Shown one piece after another: positions 11,950 to 23,340 of a stretch of 37,518 nucleotides of DNA. Every line of letters starts with the position of its first letter. Within the stretch, counting starts at the first letter, position 1. Position numbers and translations under genes: made by a program. Below the pieces are notes generated by a model. It was not told the origin of the DNA, searched no databases, and saw only the letters and a list, made by a program, of their open reading frames with translations. Source of the stretch: Octopus bimaculoides (lineage: Eukaryota); NCBI RefSeq assembly GCF_001194135.2, contig NC_068983.1:37689136-37726653 (forward strand), written 5' to 3'.

Positions 11950-12089
11950 TCAAAACAGTTTGACTCAAATTCATTGGTACTCTTAAGTTTCAAGTGTGAC
12001 GCTAGTCTTCAGCCATTTCAAAATGGCTGAAGACTAGCATCACACTTGAAACTTAAATGTATCAATGAATTTGAATCGAACTGTTTTGA
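11950..12089. repeat. 140-nt near-perfect palindrome, intron 11
   Basis: 69-nt arms, no indels, 63/69 complementary, 2-nt centre at 12019-12020. Confidence 0.95.
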
Positions 12090-12584
12090 GCCATACTTGT
12101 AACACCCAATAAATTTGTTGAGTTCCCTTCTTTTGTTTGTCCACTCACTTGTGTATATACATACATATATATATTTAAGTGGAGTTTGTTTTGTATGCCG
12201 TAAAGAATGTTCTTATATAAGAAAAATAAGAAATGATGACTGAAAAATTAGATTCTCCTGTTATGCCACAAACATATCTAATACATATTTTACACAATTT
12301 CTCAAAGAGTTCCAGTAGAATTCAGGGAGACAAATGAGAGTCTTTGTTGACAAGAATCAAGTCATAAAATATGTAGTGAAGATGGAATTATTTTTATATG
12401 CTATGGGAAGAGGACATTAAATATTTCACAAAGAGCTCTTTCTTCTGTAGTTTTCCCTTACCCTTAAATACATCAAGATTTGTAAATATTTAGTCTCAGG
12501 CTGGTTTTGAGATAAAGCAAGTCTAATCAAAAGTTTTCCAATAATAACCATCCCTTCTTTTATTAGGACACATGTTTCACTGGA

Positions 12585-13330
12585 TGTGCAATGTCAGTGT
12601 AAGCATCTCGTGAGAAAAGCTGGGCATAAGAGACATCAGATGTGATGTGCAAGAGAGACAACTGTGCTGGCGTGATCATGTGATGCATATAGACAAGGAC
12701 AGTTGTGTAAAGAAGTGCTGATCTCTAACTGTGAAGGGAAACTGTAGTAGAGGTAGACCCAGGAAGATGACATGGAACAAGGTGGTGAAGCATGATCTTC
12801 AAACTTTGGGTCTCACAGAGGCAATGACTAGTGATCAAGGCCTTTGGCGATATGCTGTGCTTGAAAAGACCCATCAGGCAAAGTGAAATTGTGGCCGTGG
12901 CCGATGCTGGTGTCATGTAACTGGCACATGTGCCGGTAGCACGTAAAAAGCACCTTTTGAGTGTTGGGCCCATGGAGGCAAAGTGGCTGATGCTGGTGGC
13001 TCATGAAAAGCACCTTTTGAGTGTTGGGCCACACAGAGACAATGACAAATGAGCAAGATATTTGGCATTATGCCATGCTTGAGAGGAAGACCCATTAAGT
13101 TAAGTAAAATTGCAGCCATGGCAGATACTGGTGTCACACAAATGGCACCCATGCTGGTGGCACGTAAAAGCACCCATTAAACTCTCAGAGTGGCTGGTGT
13201 TAGGAAGGGTACCCAGCAGTAGAAATCATGCAAAATCAGACTGGAGTCAGGTGCAGCCTTCCAGCTTTCCAGCCCTGGTCAAACCATCCAACCCATACCA
13301 GCATGGATAACAGACGTTAAATGATGATAT
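12585..13330 (+). mobile_element. RTE-clade LINE 3' fragment, intron 11
   Basis: LREKLGIRDIRCDVQERQLCWRDHVMHIDKDSCVKKC*..RGRPRK..VKHDLQTLGLTEAM; internally repeated 3'UTR; GAT tail. Confidence 0.85.
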
Positions 13331-13975
13331 ATCATTTATTTGTTTCAGTCACTGTGGTCAAACAATACTTATTCTACTGGTCTTCTAGAATAAGTAGACC
13401 AAGAGTGAGATGGTTGTCTAATATTCATAGTCTCAGTTAGTCATGCTTGGGGGTCCAGCTGGAAAGTGTAATGAAAGTTGCTTCTAATAGGTAGCCACGA
13501 GGAGGTGCCTGAGGACTACCCCGCCGCCCCGACCCTCCCAGGAACAGTTGGTGGAAAAGATGGAGGGATGGGTGGAAGGAAGAGGAGAAGAACATGATGT
13601 AGTGACACCATTAATGACTAGAGTTTCATTAGGAATTAAATATCTATTGGTCAACAACAGTTACCATTGTCATTTCATGTTCATTTTCCCAAATATTTTT
13701 CAAATCAGGAAAGACATAATGAATAATGTAGATCTACATATAGTAAGCCTGAAAAATAAAAATAAATGGGCTGGCTATGTCTGGAACAACTCTGATCATA
13801 GATCTTCACTATCAAAGTTGTTTACATTGACAGGCAAAAATCTGATATCAGCTAGAGTATGTAACATGCAGAATTATGCATGTCTCACATGTTTCAAATC
13901 TTATGTGGGTTAGTTGGTGTCTAACTTAACCTTCATTCTTATTATTAACTTTGGATTAAGACATTTGATTCTTAC

Positions 13976-14027
13976 CCGATTTCTTTTTTTCAGAAATGCA
14001 TCAGATTCATCAACGAATAACAGTAAC
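13976..14027 (-). CDS. ATAD3: ATAD3 exon 11 (52 nt), Walker B
   Basis: LLLFVDESDAFLKKRNR; TAG acceptor, GTAAGA donor. Confidence 0.96.
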
Positions 14028-14162
14028 CTACAAATAAACAGTAAAGGAATAAACTGGAGTTTAAAAGTCTTCAGCAATTGAGGACATATTTTAGCTGATA
14101 AAATCAAGAGAGAGTATATATATATATTATACAAATTACACACACACACACACACACAGATA

Positions 14163-14336
14163 TATATGTACGATGAGTTTCTTTCTGTTTCCATCTACCA
14201 AATCCACTCACAAGGCTTTGGTCGGTCTGAGGCTATAGTAGAAAACATTTGCCTAAGGTTCCATACAGTGGGACTGAACCTGGAACCAAGTGGTTGGGAA
14301 GCAAACTTCTTACCACACAGTTACACCTGTGCCAAT
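14163..14336 (-). mobile_element. Family C SINE (CpG-decayed), intron 10
   Basis: Same head and CORE-like segment; other copies about 5185-5345 (+), 17790-17895 (-), 28005-28322 (-), 34480-34590 (-). Confidence 0.8.
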
Positions 14337-15873
14337 ACATATGAATTTTTTTTCTTGCATCCTAGGACTCAAGGAGCTGATTACCCAGTTATCATGGCTT
14401 ATGAATAACCAAGACTACAATATTTCCTTTGAAAGGGATGCAAGTTCATTGTAGGGTTCAAGGCCAACAATTTTGAGGGAAGGGGACAAGTTGATTGCAT
14501 CAATTCCAGTGCTTGACTCATCATCATCATCATTTAACATGTTTCCCATGCTGGCATGGGTTGGACGGTTTGACTGAGGTCTGGAGAGCCAGCAGCTGCA
14601 CCAAGCTCTAATCTGATCTGGCAATGTTTCTACAGCTGGATGACTGGCATTTTATTTTATTGATCCAAAAGTGAAGGAAGGCAAAGTTGACTGTAGCAGG
14701 ATTTGAACTCAGAACATAAAAAGCTGGAAGAAATGCTACTAAACATTTTATCCTTAGTGTTAATGTTTCTGTCAGCTTGCCACTTTATATGTGTGTGTGC
14801 ATATTCATGTACATATTTGGCTCAATTAAGGACCCCGTAACTTACCCTGGGTTGCAGTTAATGTCAATTTGAAAAGCTTATTTTATGAGGAAGGCATTTG
14901 CTATGGTAATCAACTTGTGTTGATCCCAGTCATTAAATTGTTGGATAGAATGTCTCACAAAATTTGTTCTGACTCTACTATCTGGGTTCAAATTCTACCA
15001 AGGTCAACCTTTTAGGGTCAATTTGGCAAATTGGCAGAACTGTAAGAATATTGAACCAGATGCCTAGCTGTATAAGTTTTGTCTCATTGTGTTCCAAGTT
15101 CAAATCCTACCATGGTTTACTTGGGTAGCAGACTTCATCCATCGACCAGTTTAACACTACCCCTCACCCCTGGCACCAGTGCAGTCCCCTTTGCTGCACA
15201 CACTCAAACCAAGTCTCTGGTTTGAGGCTGCCTTGCTCCTTCCCTATCAACTAATCTTGGAGGTTCTGTATTGGGTCATGGCCATACTACCCTCCCTCTT
15301 GTCTAAATGATGAAAAATAAAAAAAGTTTTCTTCAGCCAGAAAGTATTTAACATAAAAATTGTAGTCCTAAGTATTACAGAAACTGTACCTTTTCAGACG
15401 TTTTAAAAAACATTTTTGTACACAATAATTGTCAGTGTTGAAAAATATCAAATGGTTTAGATAATATCAGGAAAGATTTTTTTTTAAAGGTGTTACAGTT
15501 TTGCGAACCTGTCAGTCATATCCTTGACTGAAGTTGTTGTCCATTCACTTAGACTACTGAAACCACTGGACAAATCATAAATGTCATAATTTCCAACTAC
15601 TTCTGTCCTAAAAGTTCTACATTTCATACCCACAGGAAGTAGTTAATGGGAAATAAATCCAGGGTTTATGTATAAGAAAATTTTCAGGAGGATGTTAAGA
15701 ATGACTAACCATAATTATTGAGGTTGTTAATAGGTTAATAAAAAGCCAACAGGGTTAAAAGAAAAAGGAAATTCCTATGACTTATTAAATCACAATTGTT
15801 TTTCTTAATTCATTATTATATATTAACATATTAACATGTCTGACATTACTATTGCTATTATTATTATTATGGT

Positions 15874-16480
15874 TAAGGTGGTGAGCTGGCAGAATTGTTA
15901 GCACACCAGGCAAAATGCTTAGTGGCACTTTATCTGTCTGCACATTCTGAGTTCAAATTCTGCCGGGGCCCACTTTACCTTTCATCCTTTCAGGGGTCAA
16001 TAAATTAAGTACCAGTGAAACACGGGTCAATGTAATCAACTAGTCCCCTCCTCAGCAAAATTTCAGGCCTTGTGCCTTTTACTAGAAAGGAATATAATTA
16101 TTATTATGGTGGTGAGCTGGCAGAATCATTAGCATGCTGGGCAAAATGCTTAGTAGCATTTCGTCTGTTTTTATGTTCTGAGTTCAAATTCTGCTGAGGT
16201 GAACTTTGCCTTTCATCCTGTTAAAGTTGATAAATTAAGTACCAGTGAAACATTGAGGTTGATGTAATCAACTAGTCCTCTCCGCCAACATCTCGGGCTT
16301 TGTACCTTTATTAAAAAGGATTATTATTATGGTGGTGAGCTGGGCAAAATGTTTAGGGGCCTTTCACTCATCTTTACATTCTGAACTCAAATTCTGTTGG
16401 GGTCAACTTTCCCTTTCACCCTTTCGGGGTCAATAAAATAAGTACCAGTTGAACACTGGGGTCGATGTAATCAAAATTTG
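15874..16480 (+). mobile_element. Three head-to-tail family A SINEs, intron 10
   Basis: Heads at about 15874, 16107, 16331, each preceded by (ATT)n. Confidence 0.85.
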
Positions 16481-16535
16481 AAACTGTTATAATAAAAGTT
16501 AAAAAGACAAATATTTAGATAGTCCAAAAAATTAC

Positions 16536-16660
16536 CCTCTTCTGCTGGTTTTAGCCCAGTCAAACACTTTATGCATAGCTGTGACACCTTCTCGACCCAT
16601 AGGAGCCACATCACCTCCAGTCATGATGGCATAGTCCATTCCAGAATGTTCAGCAAGACT
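16536..16660 (-). CDS. ATAD3: ATAD3 exon 10 (125 nt)
   Basis: [41 protein letters not shown](G); CAG acceptor, GTAATT donor. Confidence 0.97.
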
Positions 16661-16929
16661 CTGAAATACAAAATGATACCTATTTTAAGACATTTGTCTT
16701 TAATAGTTCTAGATCCGTTTTCTCATGCTAGAATATACAGAATGAAGTGTTTGGAAAATGCAAATGCTGTCAAGATAATTGTTTTTACAAGTTTAAACGA
16801 AACTTTGATTCGTTGGCTTTTGACAACCAGGCACAAGCAGAGATATGTTGCAAATAAAACTTTACTTCAACCTAAGTAATGAATAAAGGTTCTAACTTTA
16901 ATGGTAAATGTGCTTTATGCATGCATATC

Positions 16930-17065
16930 TCATCGTTTAACGTCCACCTTCCATGTTAGCATGGGTTGGACGATTTGACTGAGGACTGGCGAACCAGATG
17001 GCTACACCAGGCTCCAATCTGATTTGGCAGAGTTTCTACAACTGGATACTCTTCCTAATGCCAAC
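16930..17065 (-). mobile_element. Family B retroposon, intron 9
   Basis: Same tail and body; ends in a (CA)n microsatellite. Confidence 0.85.
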
Positions 17066-17138
17066 ACACACACACACACACACACAATCATTGTTCTTTA
17101 ATGTCCATTTTCCATGATGGAATGGGTTGGATGCTTAG

Positions 17139-17322
17139 CGAAATGCTTAGCGGTATTTTGTCTACCGTTACGTTCTGAGTTCAAATTCTGCCGAGGTCGA
17201 CTTTGCCTTTCATCCTTTTGGGGTCGATAAATTAAGTACCAGTTACGCACTGGAGTCGATGTAACCGACTTTATCCGTTTGTCCCCTCTATGTTTAGCCC
17301 CTTGTGGACAATAAAGAAATAT
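17139..17322 (+). mobile_element. Family A SINE, young copy with CpGs intact, intron 9
   Basis: GCCGAGGTCGACTTTGCCTTTCATCC..GGGTCGATAAATTAAGTACCAG. Confidence 0.85.
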
Positions 17323-17900
17323 AAAGTCAACAAGTTGAAGGATTGCATCAAGCTGCAATGTGTGTGTGTGGTGTAATATTTCTCATTGTCATTTAAACAC
17401 GAACAACACTGTGACTAGTCATATCATCACAGAAGATTGTGAACAAACAACACTGCTTGTATGACAATTATGTTCATTTACAATTCGTGCACATCAGAAC
17501 CAGGATATACAATCACATACACACACATTTGTAACATACATAAATACCCATCCACGTTTTGTAGCCTTACAAACTGCATGGAGACCTTACTAGTGTTGGT
17601 GGCATGAAGAAGCACCCAGTACATGCTGAAAAGTATTAGTATTAAGGAGATACAGCCATAGAGACCGTGCCAAAGCAGATATTGATGCACAGGACAGTTC
17701 TTGGACCTAATGGATCCTGTCAAACTGTCTAACCCATGTCAGCACAAAACATGGATTTCAAATAATGATGATGATGATATATGATTGCTCTCTTTCAGTT
17801 TCCATTTGTCAAATTCACTCACAAAGCTTTGGTCAATCTGAGGCTACATTAAAAAAACATTTGCCCAAAGGTGAGGTGAAGTGGAACTGAACATAAAACA

Positions 17901-18113
17901 TTCTTTTTTACTCTAGGCACAAGGCCCGAAATTTTGGAGGAGTGGAAAGCAGTCAATTAGATCGACCCCAGTATGCAACTGGTACTTAATTTATCGACCC
18001 CAAAAGGATGAAAGGCAAAGTCGACCTTGGCGGAATTTGAACTAAGAATGTTAAGACAGATGAAATACCGCTATGCATTTCACCCGGCATGCTAACGTTT
18101 CTGCCAGCTCACC
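17901..18113 (-). mobile_element. Family A SINE, intron 9
   Basis: Near full-length reverse copy; a partial reverse copy also lies at about 14643-14785. Confidence 0.85.
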
Positions 18114-18373
18114 ATAAAACATTGGAAGGAAACTTGTTAACCAAACAGCCAGGCTTACATTATTTTATTTTATTTTCCACTTCTCAAAAGAATTTAATCT
18201 CAAAATCTAAATGAATCAAGTTAAGCACTAAAATACTTAATCTGCTAATCTACCACTCAATATTAAGCTGTAATCTATAACCAATATTCTATAAGCTTTT
18301 CTAAGAATGAAAATTTAATATACATGAAGCATTATTCAAAACAAGAAAATCAAACAGAACAAAATGCTATTAC

Positions 18374-18499
18374 CTTAGCAAACATTGTTTTTCCAGTTCC
18401 TGGAGGGCCATACATAAGCAAGTTCCGATAATAACCTTTATTCTTTTTTGTGTGCTTAGTGGCAATGGCAATGTCTCGCAGTCGTCTTTCTAAATCAGG
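18374..18499 (-). CDS. ATAD3: ATAD3 exon 9 (126 nt), Walker A
   Basis: [42 protein letters not shown]; CAG acceptor, GTAATA donor. Confidence 0.97.
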
Positions 18500-18734
18500 C
18501 TGTTAAAGAATAATAAAAGGGTGATCATAATCATAATCTAACCATTTTGATACTGCCCCATCCCTGTTCTATGATACAATTTCCTGTTTTAAAGTGATTT
18601 TAAGTTAAAGCCTTCCATTAAAATCTCATAATTTATGCAGCAAAATAATGACAAGTTGTCTTAGTAAATTATCAGAAACAAAAGCTGTGTATTCCAACAG
18701 AAATAAGGTAACGAAACAGCAAAACAACACTTAA

Positions 18735-18950
18735 CCCTTTAGTATTCACATTATTCTGTCTAAAGTATTGCTTATTCATTCTCATTGTTTTGAATTAATC
18801 ATGTATTATTTTGCAGCTTTGAGAGTTTGATGAGGAAACTTAATTCTCAGAATGATATTGTAAGGTTGGTGTGAGAGGCCAAATCTGGCCAGTTTGAACA
18901 TTAAAATATTAGGAATATTTTGGCCAGATATGGCTGGTTTAAATGCTAAA
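18735..18950. mobile_element. Second TTAA-CCCTTT MITE family, right terminus clipped, intron 8
   Basis: TTAA-CCCTTTAGTATT left end and AATGCTAAA right end; homologous partial copy at about 6960-7080 keeps AATGCTAAAGGG-TTAA. Confidence 0.65.
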
Positions 18951-19452
18951 ACCATGACATAGTAATAAAAAAAACTATCAAAAAATATATGTTGCATTAA
19001 TAAAACACTAGTGAAAATTTGGGTTCTTTAACTGTTTAAAAATGGCCATCATTTAGCGAGGGTCGTTAATTTCCATGTTTTGGGGGAGATGAGGATATTG
19101 ATGTTTGACCAAGTCACAAAATTCATTAATAAGCTCTATTAGTTTCTTCAGTCTGTGATTTTTATTACTATCATTTAGTGCCATTGGAGTCTCAGTCAAA
19201 ACAACCTTGTCGGAGATAATAATTCATTGTAAAACTGAAATAGCTAAACGACTGAATCATTAGCTTATATGATTTTGAGCTTAAATCCACTGCAAGTGTT
19301 TGAGTATTTATACCTTTCTACAATGTATATTCACTTAGTATGATACATAGATGGTTGCTTCAATTTAATAGTGTTTCAGTTGCATTCACCAAGTTTTCTA
19401 CAGTCTGGCAAGCATTCTGCAATATCAGTGAATGGATTATTCACTGCTTCAT

Positions 19453-19562
19453 TCAAGCAATGTGACAAATGGATATATTATTGACAAGTTCCAAGAAGAG
19501 TGAAACATCTGATATTCCCATGAATCACTGCTGCAATGATATTCATTTTCTGTTGATAGAGT
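19453..19562. repeat. 110-nt direct repeat, copy 1 (intron 8); copy 2 at 20865-20974 (intron 6)
   Basis: 98/110 identical, no indels, offset 1412 nt. Confidence 0.92.
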
Positions 19563-19934
19563 ATTTTTAGCACAAGATTTTCTCTCACACAAAATCCACA
19601 GCAGCAAACCATTCTATGGTGTATATACATTTAGTATGATACACAGATTGTCATAAAATTTTATCATACATACATGTTTAGCTAGATATCAGGTCCAGGT
19701 AGCAGATTGTTTGGGACTGTTACATAAAAAAAAAGCTAGAGTCTTGTCTAGAGAAATATTTACTTCACATCATGTTAATATCACAAAAAGGCACACATAA
19801 AACAGAAAAGCAATGGCTCCTGTCTGCAACTTATATGCTTTGAAAATACCTACACTTTACATATAATATTTTCATGAGGAAATTCTCAGTCTTTGAGAAA
19901 CAAAAGACAGAAGAAGACAAGTTGATTCACTTAC

Positions 19935-19991
19935 ATGTAATACAATACCTTTTAAGGAATCTTCTGCTTTGCTGGCAATACGCTTGTAAGT
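19935..19991 (-). CDS. ATAD3: ATAD3 exon 8 (57 nt)
   Basis: TYKRIASKAEDSLKGIVLH; CAG acceptor, GTAAGT donor. Confidence 0.92.
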
Positions 19992-20214
19992 CTGGAAAAG
20001 AAAGGCAGGGAAATAAAGAAGTTTTCCTAACATTCAGTTACATGCTTTATATTCCTCAACATTTATAAATATTTTTCTAATAATTGAAAATTGAATGAAT
20101 TAAATATCACTAATCTGAAATTCCTCAGATTAAAGATGAATGATTTTTAGTTGTTGGAGATGAAATCGTCCAAGAAACAAAAACAAATAAGAAAGGAATA
20201 TAAAAAAACACAAT

Positions 20215-20448
20215 AGAAAGATCGTTGCCAGTGCCCCTGGACTGGCTCTTGTGCGGGTGGCACATAAAATACACCACTACACTCTCGGAGTGGTTGGCGT
20301 TAGGAAGGGCATCCAGCTGTAGAAACTCTGCCAAATCAGATTGGAGCCTGGTGTAGCCATCTGGTTTCACCAGTCCTCAGTCAAATCGTCCAACCCATGC
20401 TAGCATGGAAAGCAGACGTTAAACGATGACGATGATGATGATGATGAT
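20215..20448 (+). mobile_element. Family B retroposon occupying about half of intron 7
   Basis: Near-identical to the 9545 and 16930 copies in opposite orientation; (GAT)n tail ends 43 nt from the exon 7 donor. Confidence 0.85.
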
Positions 20449-20491
20449 ATATATGGTTAATTAAAGGTCACTAACTGATAAGGATCCTTAC

Positions 20492-20647
20492 CTTAACAGG
20501 ATGTTTTATAGTTTCTGTTAATGAAAATCGAGATGTTTCTCGAATCAGTGACGGCTTCCCTAACCTAGCTTGTATGTAATTAGCTGCTACATTGGTACCA
20601 TATTTTGCTGTGTATACTCCAACAGCCAACATTGTCAAACCAGCTAC
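20492..20647 (-). CDS. ATAD3: ATAD3 exon 7 (156 nt), hydrophobic membrane segment
   Basis: [52 protein letters not shown]; TAG acceptor, GTAAGG donor. Confidence 0.96.
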
Positions 20648-21358
20648 CTAGAAATAGAGATATGCATTCATTTAAAATTAATATTGTAATGAAGATATCA
20701 ACAGATATAAAGAGTAGAATTCATTTTTAAGTATAAAAAAAAAAAAATGATAATCCTTGACTGAGTGGTGTATGTATTCTCAAACAAGTTATTTCATTTC
20801 ACACTGCTTCAGTTTATTCAGCTCTGAATACCAGCTTAGTGGAGCTGATGTAGTTATCTCTCCCTCAAGCAATGTAACAAATGGGTATATCATTGACAAG
20901 TTCCAAGAAAGGTGAAACATCTGATATTCTCATGAGTCACTGCTGCAATGGCATTCATTTTGTGTTGATATAGCTGAAGCACCCACTACACTCTTGGAGT
21001 GGTTGGCATTAAGAAGAGCATCCAGCTGTAGAAACTCTGTCAAATCAGATTGGAGCCTGGTGTAGCCACCTGGTCCACCACACAGATATACATACACACG
21101 CGTGTGTGTGTGTGTGAACGCATGTGCATGCACATGTGTGTGTCCCCCTGACATTGCACAAGAGTTGCAAATGAGTGTCATCATCACACAAGCAGTCTTA
21201 TTCGTTTCTGATTTTCTGTCAAAGCATTTTCAGCTTTGAGGAAATATCTTATTTTGGAAACTAGAATGGTTTGGATTTTTCAAGATGAGAGAAGTTAGAC
21301 TAAATACTGCTCCCCAAGAAAACCCCTTACCAGTTTAATGGTGTTTGTCACTACTTAA

Positions 21359-22044
21359 CCCTTTCATTACTATATTTCTAAGTAAAACATACCCCTTATG
21401 AGTTTCAATTAAATTCTAAAATCATCACGAATTTAGACTGGTTTCATTAAACAACTGTAACTATTTTATTTACTGACATATTAATGTGATTTTTAGAACA
21501 CAATTGAAGAAAAAATTCTTAATCAATTCTAGTGCATAACTTTTGTCTTAAAGTGACTCTAATTACAGGTAAATACATGTAAACCACAAGCTATCTTTTT
21601 TCTCAATTTGATTACTTTCTGCGTAATGGTTGGTTTCCGTAGTGATCACTTCAAACAAGCTTTACAAGCATACATTTGCTTGATTTCTCCATATCATCTG
21701 TTGAAAAGCCCTCAAATTCAGTATCACTGCTTGATAGCATGAAACTGTTATCCATTTTAAAAGTTGAAGAAAAAAAAAAAAAAAAAAAAAAAAAAAAGCC
21801 AAAGAAAAATGTGGAAAAAATTTTCTCCCAAAATTCACACAGCTCAGATATCACGTCAATGTCAGAAACTGTAACTTGACTATTTACAAAGTGAAATCAT
21901 GTGTTTTCACAAATGTACTAATGAGATTTGTACTTAAATTCACATTTAAACATAAATGGGCTCACTCGACTGGCTTTGACCAGGTCGATCATTTGAGCCA
22001 AAAAAAATTTTCAGTTGGCTGCAGCTGGGTTGGTAACAAAAGGG
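21359..22044 (-). mobile_element. piggyBac-like non-autonomous DNA element, intron 6
   Basis: TTAA on both sides (21355-21358, 22045-22048); termini CCCTTTCATTAC and GTAACAAAAGGG (10/12 inverted match); orphan GTAACAAAAGGGTTAA ends at about 26167-26182 and 26809-26824. Confidence 0.75.
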
Positions 22045-22398
22045 TTAAAGCAGTGAATTATATATAAACTGCGGTACTTATTTGTAGCCAGATGAACTGG
22101 GTTACTTTGAAGTTAAGTGTTCTGATCATAAACAAAACTCTGTGGTGGTGACAGGATATAAACCAGTCAATCCTTGGTTAGTTGGCCACTTCTCTATCCA
22201 TAGACTCAGCTCAGTGTATGCTTCTGTTTAAATACTGATATGTTGTGGTTGGTGATGGTGGTGGTATTAAGATAATCTGAAAATATTTCTTATGCAAGCC
22301 CTTAACTAATTGACTTTTTGTCTCGGTCACAAAAGAAAGAAACAAAACAAATACATTTGAGAAAGAAAATGTAAAAAAAAAAAAAATCTATTCCTTAC

Positions 22399-22468
22399 TG
22401 TAGCAGAAACTCTGTCCCAGTCTTTAATAAAAGCCATGAAACCAGTTCCAAGAACATCACCAGCAGTT
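22399..22468 (-). CDS. ATAD3: ATAD3 exon 6 (70 nt)
   Basis: TAGDVLGTGFMAFIKDWDRVSAT; AAG acceptor, GTAAGG donor. Confidence 0.93.
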
Positions 22469-22917
22469 CTTTGTTGCAAAACAGAAAGAGAGAAATGTGT
22501 TAGAAAATATTGCTTGTAGTAATAGAAACATACTAATAAAGAAAAAAGGTGCATCATTATTACCAAGATTTAACATCCACTTTTCCATGCTTGCATGGAT
22601 CAGATGGGGTTTATTTGAGATGAGGTTGGGAACATTCCTGTTACCAACTCTCACTTGTTTCCAAGCAAGGTAATATTTCCCTGTGGTCAGACATATTCTT
22701 ACAGAATATTGGAAATAAATGACATTGCCTGTATGACAGTGACACTTGTTTACAACTATCACACAATGCCAAGACAAGGAGGCACAAACACAAACACATA
22801 CATAAACACACATAACAGGCTTCTTGCAAAAGTGGATGTGATGATGATGATGATGATGCTGACCATGTGTGAAATAATAATAAATACCAACTTACAAACA
22901 CATAAACAGAAACTTAC

Positions 22918-23083
22918 TCAATAGATTTCAGTATAGTTTCTCGATGCTCAGCTCCCTTCAACTTGATCTCTTTCTGAATGAGATCCCAGTTTTCTCGATC
23001 TACTTTGGCCTTTTCTTGGATCTTGGCCCTCAACCTCATCATTTTGTGTTTGTGAAGGACATCAGCTTCATGCTCAACAGTGG
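22918..23083 (-). CDS. ATAD3: ATAD3 exon 5 (166 nt)
   Basis: (A)TVEHEADVLHKHKMMRLRAKIQEKAKVDRENWDLIQKEIKLKGAEHRETILKSI(E); CAG acceptor, GTAAGT donor. Confidence 0.94.
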
Positions 23084-23340
23084 CTGAAGAAAATAGTTAT
23101 AAAATGAACAGGAATTTTGAAATTTAAAATGGAAGAGTAAGAAAAAATGTACATAAAAGAAAATAATTGTGTGTACAGCTACAGGAATAATGATAGTTAA
23201 GTGAGTTGTACCTATGTACATATGTAATCAAGCAGAAACCCCTTTATACACGCAGGTTTGATACACACATTTGTATTTTTTATGCAGCTGTTTTTTTACA
23301 CAAACACACATTCATTATTATTATTATTATTATTATTATT

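Noticed and set aside
14810-14940. H/ACA snoRNA in intron 10
   Set aside because: An H-like box is present, but ACA is too far from the stem and pocket spacing is wrong.
15060-15300. U17/SNORA73-like snoRNA (AAACCAT motif on the minus strand, two small hairpins)
   Set aside because: The motif lies in SINE-like sequence, and the partner motif and box spacing are missing; origin of the GC-richer block unresolved.
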